Origin: Hydrolagus colliei
Lineage: Eukaryota
Length of the DNA: 64,000 bases
Assembly: GCA_035084275.1 (NCBI GenBank)
Contig: CM068743.1
Coordinates: 115,506,001-115,570,000, forward strand
Reading direction: 5' to 3'
Below the pieces are notes generated by a model. The model made no database searches. It had not been told where the DNA came from and saw nothing but the letters and a program-made list of their open reading frames with translations. Shown here piece by piece: positions 35,916 to 49,000 of this stretch; within the stretch, counting starts at the first letter, position 1; each line of letters opens with the position of its first letter. Position numbers and translations under genes: made by a program.

Positions 35916-38900
35916 CCAGGTAAGCAGCCAATTGCTTCCTTGCACCTTTACTTATTTTGATTTGTATTTGCAGAGCTGTCCTGTTTACCTCACAGTATGA
36001 GATAAACACTGCAGATTGTGAGCTAACTTTACACGCAACTCGGAAATAATTTCCTCTGGTCGTCTAAATTAAACCATTAAAATATCCAGTGAGAAATTTA
36101 TTGAACAAGCATTTCAGTGGCCTTTTCAGATTTCCAATTGCCTTTCAATGCTTTGCCTCCCCCCACCACCACCACTGCTCCACACGCTTTATTTACCAAC
36201 ATGCACACATGTCCTTTGAGTCAGATTACACTCGTAACATCAAACACACTTCCTGAATCTGTCCTATTACAGAATTGGCATCACTGTGCTTGATTTAAAT
36301 CCCTCTTTAGAACTCCATTGTTGTGAACTGGAAGTGAGCTGTGAATGCTGTGGGTGTCCCGTTAGTAGTTAGAGCTCTGTTTGAAGATGTTTTAGAATAA
36401 ATAAAAACAAGAACAGACCTGCGTATGGCAATATTATGACTTCGGGATTAAGTTTTGTGACAGAATTTTTTAATGGATGGATGTGAGGCCATCTGTTTTG
36501 CAATAACTAAATGTGGTCTGATGTTTTCAACATTCACCACTGTCACTGTAAACGATAATTCTCAAATATATTCGCTTATGAATAGTTTAACAGATGTTAC
36601 TCTTTTTGTATCTCTGTGTTACAGACATAGCCGAGCAATAGACCAGAATATTGAGCAGGTATTTGTAAGGTGCTTCAGGGCAAGGGGGGTGGGGGGTGTC
36701 AGAGAGATTATCTGACCTAAGCATCAATGGTGCGTCCCACTCCAACCCATAGGGCCCCAGGGAGGTTGTCCTGCTATTGCCTGCCTCCAGCAGTTGAACC
36801 TCTTTATCACTCTAATCTGTTAATTGTAGAGCCACAATTGCCACATGGTGGCATTACATTATAGGCCTAAAATATCCCAGTCTGAATGAAAAAGAAAAGT
36901 GATGTGTGTGTTCTCTAGCAGCTAAACAAATGTTATCAATACAGTATTTTTCCAGGGGAACAACATTTTCTGCTAAATCTCACTACTGCTATCAGGGCAT
37001 ACAAGCATTGTGCATTATTGTGGTCATTTTGAGATTAGTTGTTTTCCTTTGAAATGGATGAAACACTTCATCAGTTTGTTGGGAATGCAGTTTTTCCCTT
37101 TGTTACACAGATCCAGAACCAATCAGATTGGAAGGATGAAAGCCTTTGACTTTACTTTTTTTCAAAACGAGTCCAAGAATTCCTCTCTGCTTTAATCTCA
37201 GATGCCTCTTTTCTTCCCCTTGCTTCCTGACCAAAACAGATTTTGTTTGTTTTCAGAAGAGGAGTCAATACGGAGCATTACACTAATGGGATGCCACTTT
37301 TAATGAACTGTAAGAAAAATAAACAGTTTTTAATTCTCTCTGTCCTACAATTCTGGGAAAAATGCAAGATTTTGTATTAAAATATTCGGGGTGGCGTGGG
37401 GAGGGGGAATGGTCATTTACTTTTAATTTTGTAATATGTTGAATGTTTACAAACATCATGTCATTTATACTTTGGGTATCTGCCTATTAGATGTAAGGCG
37501 GATGTTGGAGATTTTTACATGAACATTTCAACAAAAACAGAGAAAGCGCAGGGGTCCTTTGTGCATATAAAGAATCTTCTCCTCCCCCCCCCCCACACTC
37601 CATACTTTCCTTACATCTGAAAATAATATTGTGGTTGGAATATATGTGAGACTGGTAATTGTTCTTCAGTGATGAAATAAATCATTGATGGGTGAAATTA
37701 CACATGCTCATTTAAACTGTAATGTGATTAGCAGATGATGGGATGTGGTTAATATATTGTCTCACAGCTCCCGGACTCCAAATCCTTGACACTAGAAATC
37801 CATCAACTACAACTGTCTTTAACTTTACAAACGTGATTCCCAATGACAAGAAATCAGACGACCAGGTCTTTTGTTTTGCAGGACAAAGGCAGAAGGTGAG
37901 AAAAATGGATAAGAAGATTTGGCAGAAAGTTAGCTGGAAAAGCAAGCTGCTGCAGCGTCTGGAGCTGATTACTTCTCGGCTCAAAGCTGCTCCATCTCCT
38001 GCACACTGGGTAAGTCCTTTATCATGGGCGGCACTGGCTTTGCCTGGAGCTATTACTAGCCTAAAGGTAAGTGCTTAGATGGCAAAAGGATTCTATCATC
38101 AAACTTCATAATAACACTAGGCTTGCCACAGCTGCGGTATGACCCTTTGTGATGAAGCAGATAGCACTTAGATGAAATAATGTCCTCCTTTGGTGTGAAA
38201 TTATCATGTCTATTAATTTAGTCAGACATTGGGTGCTGTGTTTTTGTTACCATGTAAAATCGACGATCTGGGGCATGGCGTCCACTGTGCCTACTGATGT
38301 CTCTGAGATGTGGGGAGGGGGAAGAAAATCACTGCAAGCTGCATGGAATGAAACTTTGACATTGTGAAATGTAACTGCACAACAGAGTGATCTGCAATCA
38401 CTTTACAATACAGCAGGGTTCACAAGATCACGCATTGGGAGTTCATAAATGTAGCACCCTCTCGCAGTTATAAACAAAGTCACACTGAAGATGAGGCTGT
38501 GTTTATCACAACGCATTTATCTCAATGGAACGTTAGAATAGGAAAACCTGATTCTATTTTGTTTGTGGTGGGAGTTGGGATGGGGGAAGGGAGAAGTGGG
38601 GTGTCTAGAGTTCACCCTGCACCATGTGGCAATGAAGTCAATAATATTCAGTGCTATTGTTCCATTTCTCTATTTAGTTTACATGACAGTGTAGCTGGGC
38701 TGTGGTTACCATGTAAATGGAGTGCAGCCATTGAGACATTGGGGTCTGATATACAGGAAACAAAAGTATTCCAAATATTGAATTCTGCAGGTACCCATTT
38801 GTGACTCAATCATGATACAAGCAGTGAGTTGATGTGAGATACACCCGGATATGTGTAGAATTCAAGTCTTAATAATTCCTAATGAATTAGATACGCAAGA

Positions 38901-38977
38901 GTTTTAATATTGGTGTGATGAGTCTTGTAACTCAGTGGTTAGATCTCTCGCCTTGCAAGCGAGAGATTTGGATTCAA

Positions 38978-39946
38978 CAACAACAACAAAATTACATTTA
39001 TAGACCGCCTTGCACATCGGGAGGATGTCCCATGGCGCTGAACAGTTAGGTAGGGAGCCAAGCAAGGGAGAGGGGCAGGGTAGAGGGAAAGGGCGGGAGG
39101 GTTAGGAGGGGAGGAAGAGGGTTTGGGGGGCACTAGAAGGCACGATCAAAGAGGAGGTCTTGAGACCAGCCTTGCAGGAGGCAAGGGAGGGAGCGAGGTG
39201 AAGGGATTGTAGGATGGAATTCCAGAGCGTGGGGTTAGAGAGGCTGAAAGCCTGTCCACCGATGGTAGTGCGGGTCGGGCGGGGACATGGAGGAGTCTGG
39301 ATCCCGCTGAACAGAGGGGGTGGATTGGTTCATAGGGGGACAGCAGGTCAAAGAGATGGGGAAGGGTGCGCAAAGTCGTGATTGGCCTTGAAAGTGAGAA
39401 CGCTGATCTTGAATTTGATTCTCTGGAGGATGGGCAACCAATGGTGCCGGGCGAGGGTGGGAGTGATGTGGTCTCAGAGCTTGGTGTGGGTGAAGACATG
39501 AGCTGCAGAGTTCTGAATGATCTGCAGCTTGTGAAGGGAAGAACCAGGAAGGCCGATGAGAAGGGAGTTTCCATAGTCAAGCCTTGTGATGAATGCGTGG
39601 ACAAGGGTCCGGCGATATATCGATATATCGGTTATTTTCATATCGATATGCAGATATTGGAATTTAAAATATATCGATATATCGAAAAATTCAATATAAA
39701 AAAATCAATATATCGCAAATATCGGTATATCGTGTCTGGCGATATATCAGTATATATCTGTATGGGCAAACCGATATATCGATATCGGAAAATTTCAATA
39801 TCGACGGACCCTAGCATGGACTAGGATTTTGGAAGCCTGAGGGATGAGGCAGTGGCGGAGTCTGGCAATGTTGTGAAGATGGTGGAAGGCAGTACTGGTC
39901 ATGGTGCAGATGTGGGGGAGAAAGGACAGTTCAGGGTCGAACAAGA
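38978..39946 (-). mobile_element. L2 LINE 3' fragment inserted in a SINE and itself interrupted by the hAT MITE
   Basis: (caa)n tail at 38975-38990; reverse strand parallels the L2 copies at 11997 and 41750. Confidence 0.9.
39603..39813. mobile_element. hAT-type MITE, copy 2 (211 bp, internally deleted, inverted relative to copy 1)
   Basis: Same TIRs; 8-bp TSD GCGTGGAC (39595-39602) / GCATGGAC (39814-39821). The right end is the reverse complement of the left end of copy 1. Confidence 0.92.
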
Positions 39947-40977
39947 CAATTCCAGGCAGGGCGCAATCTTAGGGAAGTTTCCTTACTCCACACACACCTG
40001 ATAATAATCCCTTTAAAAAAAATCACTCTATCCACTACAGTTTGGAGGGCACTATTGTGCTGTGCGCAATTGGCTGTTGCGTTTTGCCCACACATCAACA
40101 AAAAAATTCAATTCATTTTATAGTATATTCTGTGAAGCATTTGGAGACGTCTAGAATACGTTAAAAATTGCTGTATCAAATGCAAGGAATATTATTATTA
40201 TTAAGTGCCTCACAATTCTATTGATGCACACTCTTCCCCTTCCCAATAACAAACTCAATGCCTTTCTGATTATCTATTATAAATATTAATTGGAATCACT
40301 TCCATCTATCAATTATTTTCTTGTCAATCATTTGATAGTAATCTGCATTATGGATGTGATCATTTGTGTAAACCTTCCAAACCCACAGCATAGAATCCAC
40401 CATTGTGATGGTCAAGTGAAGTAAAACTTTGCGTAAAGCATTAAAAACAAGAAGTATTGTGTTACCCATTTTTTATGAAGTGTGTGTTCATTTCTGGTCC
40501 ATTTTAATGTAGGCACCAACAATAACAATTACCTATGATTTGTTTCAGGTTTTCATGAGGTAGAAATACTTTCCTGTATTTCTGCTTTTTGAACAGTGGA
40601 GTTCCATCAAAAATGTATCCAGTTGCTTAGGATCAACTTCAAGAGGTTTGCGTTCACAAAAGTAAAATATTGATTCCCTTAATATCATTATAATTCTTCT
40701 TTGGAAATGTATTATAATCTTGTTTGTATTACAGAGCAATGTTACCATTCAGGAAACTGCTATGGGTTTAGACTGCTGTAATCTGGCAGTGGTGATGTCA
40801 CACAAGAACCATGTTATAATTAACATAGTCATTTATTAGAATTGGACAGGAGAGCATGTGAGACAACATTTTAGCACTTGAAAAGCAACTAATCTCTTGA
40901 ATATGGTTCTCAAGATTTGTGAGTGCCATAAAACAAACCTCAAACCTTACATTTGATATAGGAGAGTTAGATGAGTG

Positions 40978-41330
40978 CCTCAAAGCACTTCCAAGATCTA
41001 CTCTAAATGAGAATGACTGTGTATTTTGTAAGCAAAGGTGGCAACCAATTTGGACACAGCAATCATCTACAAATATCTGTGCATTGAATGATCAATTTTA
41101 TTGGAAGGCTTCTTGGCTAGCACACCGAAATAAACTCAATAGAGCCATGGGATCTTTAACATTCACCTGCAAAGGCAGACAGGACCTGGGTTTATTGTCT
41201 TATCTGAAAAATGGCACTTCCAACAATGCAGCAGCCTAACACTGCACTGAATTGTCAGCCTAGATTATCAAGCCTAGTTCAAATTCCTGTTGTGGGGCTT
41301 GAACCTACAACCGGTGGAGAGAATTCTATC
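40978..41330 (-). mobile_element. Deu-domain SINE relic
   Basis: gagccatgggatctttaacattcacctgcaaaggcagacagg...gtcagcctagattat...ggggcttgaacctacaacc. Confidence 0.8.
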
Positions 41331-41749
41331 AACACCTATCTGTTAAAGACACAAGTCTTCAGTGAATAGCAAAACTTTTATCTACTGCACAATGGAGCTG
41401 CAGTGGGCTTATTGTACAAGGCACTACGTTGCATTACGTTTGCTTTACCGGTACCAAACTCCGCATCCCATCTTGCCCATCTTCAGTTCACACCTGAAGA
41501 TCTTCCTTCCTCTTTGGCCTTGCTTTTTTTTTAATATAGTTAGACTCCAACAGTACCCCAACTCACACTCTAGAGTCCCCAAGTCTTGGATCCTGCCAAC
41601 CTTCGCCAAATGCATTCCAGAATTCAGTAAGTAGGATGCATCCCTCCAGGGAGAGATTGTGCATTCCATTCCAGCAACCTATCTCTGGCATTTAGAGGTG
41701 CAGATGGTTGCATGGTTGCACACTCAACCTCACCAAGCCAGTCAGGAAC

Positions 41750-42461
41750 CTAGGTGTCTTGTTCGACCCTCAACTGTCTATCCTCCTTCACATCCAAGCA
41801 ATGACTCATTCCCCACCTCTGCAACATTTCCAGACTCCACCATTATCTCACCCCTAAAGCCATTGAAACCCTCATCCACGCCTTCATTACATCCTGGCTT
41901 GATTATGTAAATGCCTTGCTGGTCGGCCTTCCTAATTCCTCCCTCCATAGGCTGCAGATAATACAGAACTCTGTAGCCTGTGTCCTTAACCATTCCAAAC
42001 TCTGTGCCCCATCTCCCCCATCCTTGCCCGACTCCATTGGCTCCCCATCATCCATAGGATCCAACTCAAGATCCTGGTCCTCACATTTAAAGCCCTCCAC
42101 AACTTCACCCCACCCTACATCCGTGACATCCTATCCCCTTACCAACCTGCCCACCCCCTCTATTCAGCAGGCTCTGGCCTGCTATGCAGCCCCCGACCTA
42201 CCCGCCCAACCATTGGCAGGCGAGCCTTCAGCCACTCTGTCCCTAACCTCTGGAACTCAATCCTGAAGTCCCTCTGCCTCGCCCCCTCCCCGGCCTCCTT
42301 CAAGTCTCACCTCAAGACGCTCCTCTTCGATGGACCCATCGGCAACTCCTTCCCACCCCCACACACCCCATCCTCAGCTTGTGTCTGAAGCAGTATTTGT
42401 CCATAGTCTTGGGACATCCTCCTGACGTGAAATGCGCTCTACAAATGTAATTTTGTTGTTG
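41750..42461 (+). mobile_element. L2 LINE 3' fragment
   Basis: LLVGLPNSSLHRLQIIQNSVACVL L2 ORF2 motif; tail gggacatcctcctgacgtgaaatgcgctctacaaatgtaattttgttgttg. Confidence 0.9.
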
Positions 42462-42587
42462 CTATAGATGTGATGTATGGAAATCTCAGCTTGATTTGGA
42501 TACTCTTAAGCACGGAGATGGGTTTCCGCATGTATTAAGCTCCTGGCGGATCATCTATTTAGTAAATAGTGAGGGTAACACCTCTTT

Positions 42588-42880
42588 AGAATCATGGAAA
42601 TTACAGCACAGGAGGAGGCCAATCGGGTCATAGAATCTGCCTCAACTCTCAGAGCAAACTGTACTTTCAATGCTACTGTCTTGCCCTAACCCATATCCAT
42701 TCAAATCTCTAAGTACCATTTAACTATCTACTTCCCTCTTGAAACTGTGATGGACTCTTCTTCTTACCACCTTGCTTGGCAGGATATTGCACATCCCAAC
42801 ACCTCTACATGAAAGGATTTCTCCTAAACTCTTCTTTTGCTCTTTTTTGTGTCTATTTGTGTCCTCCAGTCACTGACTCC
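42588..42880 (-). mobile_element. CR1 3' tail fragment
   Basis: agaatcatggaaattacagcacaggaggaggccaatcgg... is a typical chondrichthyan CR1 tail in antisense. Confidence 0.7.
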
Positions 42881-45067
42881 TCTCCCAATCTTTGATTCAC
42901 CATTCTAATTATTTATCAGTTATCAGTATCACTTATTTCCCACGTGCTCTTGCCAACCATCTGACAGCATCATTCCATCGTGATGATAACACAGTGCCCT
43001 CTCACGGCCTTTGTTTAATGGTGTTCCAGCTCCTCCTAACTGGTTCATTTTACCCTACCCATATTACATATTATAAAAAAAATTATGGATGGTAGAGAGT
43101 GTGTACAAGGCTGTAATTTAATCTTAGCATTCATATGACATCTATAAATCACTGAAGCTTTTTGCTCTTGTTTTTTTATGATGTTATCTCCCATCCAGTC
43201 ATCCAGAATGCTGCGCCTGTTTACAGTACAGTTTTACAGTTATAGCCCTTGCCTGCAGTAACTCATTCAACAGTTAATACTCCCTGGCATTTTCCCAGAA
43301 TCGGAAAGAGTGACAAGGCGGCACCAAGCAGCGTGCCTGGTGGTGAACTAGTTAAATGCCGCTGTTTTTTCCGAGAGCTTAGACAAACTCTGCCAGCCAC
43401 GGAAACAAGACAAGACAAGCTGCAATTGGTTAGACAGGAAACTGCAGCATATGGGAAAGAGACCACAGCACAGTTTTTATAGCCAAGGCTTTATATAAAA
43501 ATAAAACTACATTTCCCATGCGGCATCAAATGTCCTATGTGCAGGCTTGGGCAGGACTCCCATTATACTCAAATCTGCCTTCTAACATTTGCTGTCATGA
43601 GTCATATATTATATTAAAGAAAATAAAGATTCATAAGACAAGGCGTGCCCGAGTACTGCATTCAAAAGAATGCAATAGAGTGACAGCAGAGCTTTACTTA
43701 ACTTCAGTTGAGTCAAAAGATTTTCTCTTGGCACTACTCTTCAATGACTTCTACTATGTTTGCTTAAATCAAAATTCACAGAGGATGACATATTACAGTC
43801 CATTGAATAACATTTAAAGTTTTTTGTTCGTGCAAAGGATTCGCGCAGACAATCAAAAGATTAAATTCAGCCTTTTCACAAATCCGAGATAGAACGATAG
43901 ATTTCCATGGCATGTTTCGTACCCATGTTTTTTTTCAAATAAATTTGTTTAACCACACACAAGAGCCAGAAACACACTGACATTAAGGTGTGCACAGAAG
44001 CAATGTCTCGGTGCAACACCCCAGCAGCCACAGGGCTGTGTTTCACTTTGCAACTCTAGGCCTTCTTGAATTGGGCTCATAAAAAACAGTAACAAGCACA
44101 CCTATGGAGGGGAGACAAGTAGAAAATCACCAATGGCTGATGTAATATTTAAGTCACCATGGTACAGTATTTTTACTGTTGTGTTTTCAAAGCAAATTCT
44201 CTGTTTTGTGTTGTTAATTTAAATGTAATTTCCTGCAAAGACCTAGCTGCTTTATAATAATAATCCTTGGATTTGATATAGCACTTTTCACATCTTCTAG
44301 ACATCTCAAAGCACTTCAAATTCCCACTGAAAAATAGGCCTACTTATTTGGCCTGCAAAGAAATTTGCAGCAGCATATACCAAAGGCAATTATAATTCAG
44401 AGTTATATGTTTGTCATCAAGAATAAGTTACACTTGTATGGCGTCATTTCTATGTAAAACTCTTAACAATGGGAATTCAATGGACTGTGAGCAAGAATTT
44501 GTAAGAGGTTGTCCTGTAAAAATACATCTTTCACCTGTGTAATGCTTCTGACATAGAAGAAAGTCTCAAAGATGTCTGAAGGTGAGTCAAAGAGATCAGT
44601 TGTTAGACTGATGGTCTGCTTCAAGGACAAGGTACCATGTAAAATACTGACCATGTGACAATTTAATGCAAACTCAATGGGCTGAACGGCCTTCTTCTGC
44701 ATGGAAAATTTTGGTTTGATTCTATAATTGCAGTTCAGTAGATTCAAAATGAATTTCATTTGACACTGCAACCCACTTCATGTTCTAGATTTGCACACGG
44801 GTAGAAGGCAGATCGAAACAATGGATTATCTCATAAACCGAACGCAAAACAAATTATGTTTTTATCACAAAAACTAAACAAAAAGATGTTATACCTGATA
44901 ATGGTTAGAACCTATTTTGCCTATTATATGAATGTATACAGTGTAAAATTCAAGTGTGTGAGAAGAAAATTATGACATTTGCCTCTAAAATAGTCACTAC
45001 ATTTTACAATATTCCTGTGAAACACATTCAGATATTTGGGTGACATGATACGGCCATTGATCATTCT

Positions 45068-45490
45068 TAATAATAATGCTTTCAATTGATATAGCACTAA
45101 TAAATGTTGCAAAGGGAACACCACAAAGCACTTCACAGGTACTTGCTATCAAATGTAGTGACTGTGTATTTGTAGGCAAACATGCCAACCAATTAGCACA
45201 TAACAAGGTCTGATAGACAGCCATGAAGTGAATGATCAGTTTCTCTGGGGGACTGTTATCTGGATGCTGGGAGAAGCTCCCTTCACTTTTCAGATAACGT
45301 CATGGGATTTTTAACATCCTCTTGAAATAGGAAGACTTCTGTTTAATATTTAATTCAGAGGATCACACTTTTTACAATGCAGGGCTCAGGGCTTCCCCAT
45401 TTCTGAGGGTTCGAGCCTCAATTAAGCCTTGATCTGGAGGCAGAACCCACAACCTTATAACACAGAGACAAAAGTCCTAAAAACTGACTT
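45068..45490 (-). mobile_element. Deu-domain SINE relic
   Basis: Tail, gggagaagctccc...catgggatttttaacatcc and head gaacccacaacctt. Confidence 0.72.
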
Positions 45491-46059
45491 TTACCAGCGA
45501 TATCAGGGACAGTAAAGGATTCCAATTCATATATTTTAGGCCACTGATGTGGAGTTTCAATATTTCTTTGCCGGACACCGGTTTTAAATTAATTATGGCT
45601 CCAACAGCCTGGAACAAAGGCCGTCGAATCTTGCTCTCTAAGAAAAAAATCCCCAAATCTTATAAATCCCTGGCCAAAATCATTCTCGAGAAATCAGGAA
45701 AGTTCATTTTGAAACCTGCCATCAGGGAGAGGTTTTAAGGATGTACGTTAACTCATTTTCTATCCAGTCGATGGACTCTTTCTGAATTAAGCATGAACGC
45801 CAATAATTAAGGAACAGAATGTCTTTAGGAATTTCACTCCCTAAAATTTCAGTTGATCAGATTTGGAACACAATCTTGGGATTCTCACACCTTCATTGGT
45901 TTTCCAGATTGATCAAATATTTTCCTATATTCCTGCATACAGTATAGGTAGAATTTAAGGCTGTGAGTATTCATCAGTGGGTGTACTGATGTCCTAGTGA
46001 GCTACACACACCAGTGGGGTCCCAGAATTCATCCCTGATATGTGCAGGAATTGTCCATG

Positions 46060-46088
46060 ATTATTATTATTATTATTATTATTATTAT
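46060..46088. repeat. (ATT)n microsatellite
   Basis: Directly visible. Confidence 0.9.
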
Positions 46089-48569
46089 GGATTCTACCCC
46101 ACCCCCTTCACCCTGGAGGTACAGCTCCAAATTTACTCTCCACTAGCTTGGAAATGACTGATCTTAGATGTCAACATGCAAGTATTTTCCAACAGGGGAA
46201 TGGCAATCAGGAGCAGAGAAATGGGCTGATTTCTCTCCAAGCCAGCACTTGACCACTGATACCAATTTTCATGCCGACTGAAACCCTGGATGAGATCAGC
46301 TAATTCAAGACAGGTTAAAGAAATCTAAAAACAAAAAAGCACGATAGTACAATACCTGACAGCTGGATCAGAATAGAATTAAGCAGACAGAGCTACAAAC
46401 AACAGCAACAAATTATGTTTGTATAGCAACTTTCATGTCGGGAGGACGTTCCAAGGCACGAGAAATACCCAAACCATTCTAAAACTAGACATTGCAGATC
46501 AATGCAGGATTCAAAATGAGCTCCTCCTTGTGAAACACCCTCTTTCTCATATGACAATCGAGTAAGTGTGTGCCTTTTTAATATTCAAATGGGAGAAATC
46601 AAAAGAAACCATGGAATGATCCTAAGATGCCTTTCATATGAATGCCAGACACTCACAATTAATCGTACAGCCCAGTTGAATTACAATCTGTTAATTTTAA
46701 ACATTGTGCATGTTGTCTGTTTACATTTGTAGGTTTGTGCTCTGTCTTGCGAACTGAACTGCATTGTCTTGAATAATGGGGATACATTCATTAGGACAAT
46801 CGATTCAGATTAATTAGCTTTTATAAATGAATAAAGCTGCTGTGCTGTTTGGAGCTGATGGACAAAAATAGAAATCATTGTCTGTATCGTTTCATGTGTT
46901 CGTGCCACTTCAGTGCATAATCTTAACTCTTTCAAAGGCAGTAGTGAGAACGCACAAGATCTGAGAACAGCACAAGATTTCAGCAGTTGAGAAACAGTCC
47001 TTGAATATTGTCTTTTTTGGATGCAACTATTTTAAAATTGGGGTAAAGCTCCTATTTTTACTTGCTCCTGCTTCCTGCGTTTTTTTTGTTCCAGTGTCAA
47101 GCAGTCTTGAATTGCTACTGTTTCAATGGAAACCGAAGGCAGAAATGCAAACAGAAATCTGGGTTACTGCTATCCAGGGGCCAGTTTGTTCCAACCTAAA
47201 TATAGATTTCCAACGGGAGAAGGGGTTAAAGCTGGAATTTAATTACAGCCAAATATCTTGTCTCACAGCACAGCTAAAAAAAACTCTCAAGATGTTGGCT
47301 GTGGCATCACTCTTTAATGTGCATGAATTGCAACTATGTACTGTAATACTAACGCACAGCAATTTGTGACTAGGTCTTATTTTTTGCTTTGCTATATTCA
47401 GTGTACACAAGCTAGTTAATTTTTTTAATATAAATTAAAAAGAAAAAGTCTAAAATGGTTTCTTCTTTAAATGAGAGTCTCTTGTCAAAAAGGGTTGGGG
47501 GGTGGGGGGAGAAGAAAATCTGGAGGCATCTGGAATCTCTGCTGGATAAACCATCACCGCAAGAAAGCAGCAACTCTGCGCTGTCACCCAATCCATTACC
47601 ACAGCACTTCACCATCTTCATTATATTAACATAATTATTTTGAATCTGTAAATATATTTGCGTGGTCTTAAGCCATCAACGTTTATTTAATTCTAGACTA
47701 GCTTACAGCATAACAGTTGTTCCATGTTAAACAGACTATTAAAATGTTGGAAAATTCCAAACTTAGTGAACCGCAGTCCAGTGAAGAAAAAGCAGAGTGG
47801 AAAAACAACAAGGCTGCACTGAATGACTTGTTAGGATCAATAAATTGTTGAATATTTCAAAATCTTATTTCAGAATTGTCACCAAGATGCCAATGGTTGA
47901 ATTTAAAATCTATCTTAATAGGTCCTAAATGGGCTATTCATATTTCACTATCTGAATGAGGTCAAACAAAATAATGATTGTGTCTGTATGTGGATCATGT
48001 GTATGCACCAGCATTGCTTTATATTAGAATAGGTTTTATCTTTTAGAAAGAAAAATCATTTGCCTCTTATATTTTGGATAACAACCAAATAGAAATAATA
48101 AAGACATTTGGAAAGTTGTATTCAAAAGGCTTTGATGTTTCTCCACAGGGTTGGTTGTTCTGTGTTTTCAGGGGATTTGGGGATTTTAGTTTTCTCAATT
48201 CATTCTGATCCTCAGCAATTGTTTTTTTTCATATTTGTACGTGAGCTAATTTGTATGTACAAGAGAGAGAGATGGGGCGGGGGGTGGGGGGAGTGGGGGT
48301 AGGGGGGAAGGCAACATGAGTGGACATTTAACAGGGCAAAATGAAAGGAAACAAGTTACCTCAAAAAAAAGGAAAAGATGAGGAGTAAAAAATCAAACGT
48401 AGAAAAATAGAATAATTAGATGGCTGGGAGAAAAGAATTTAAAAAATAAAGAGAAAGCATGAAATAAGTAAGGAATTCAAGGGGAGATTTTTTTTTAAAA
48501 GGAAACAGATGAAAGAGAGAGAATCAATTTTAGGGAGAGAGAAAGAAAAAGAAAGGGGAAAAAGAAAAA

Positions 48570-49000
48570 GTCTTAATCGACTCTGCTACCAGGATTCTTT
48601 TTTCAATCAGCCCATCTGAAGTTGCTGTTGAAAGTTCTCTGTCTGGATTCATCCATTTGCCAAACTGTTATGCATTTGATGGAGAACCGTGAAGCTTTTT
48701 TAAACGTTCACATCATTTACAAGGGCCCAGGTTTTCATTAAAAAAGAGACAAGCATCAAAGCCCCTGATTTAAATGGCGTGTGCCTCGGCGGTTTGAGTG
48801 AGCGAATGACAAAGCTGAGAGAAAAAATGCTCACTCGAGCAATTATTTCTCCATGGTGAATTTGTATTAGTTTGCTGGAAAGAAGCATATGTTTGGCCTG
48901 GGGCAAGACTCCCCCCGGCTGCGGCAGAGCGATCAGGCTGAGAGAGGAGACACAGACCTGGGACTGCAGGCACAAAACAATCCTGAGTACAGGACCAGTC
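48570..49000. promoter_or_regulatory. Candidate enhancer (TCF, homeodomain, AP-2 motifs)
   Basis: ATCAAAG 48755-48761, TGATTTAAATGG 48766-48777, GCCTGGGGC 48896-48904; retained CpGs; no repeats. Confidence 0.45.

Larger units (their letters stand above)
38920..40203 (+). mobile_element. SINE family A split by an L2 insertion (parts 38920-38977 and 39947-40203)
   Basis: Head gagtcttgtaactcagtggttaga...ggattcaa resumes as caattccaggcagggc after 969 bp and ends caaatgcaagga(att)n. Confidence 0.88.
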
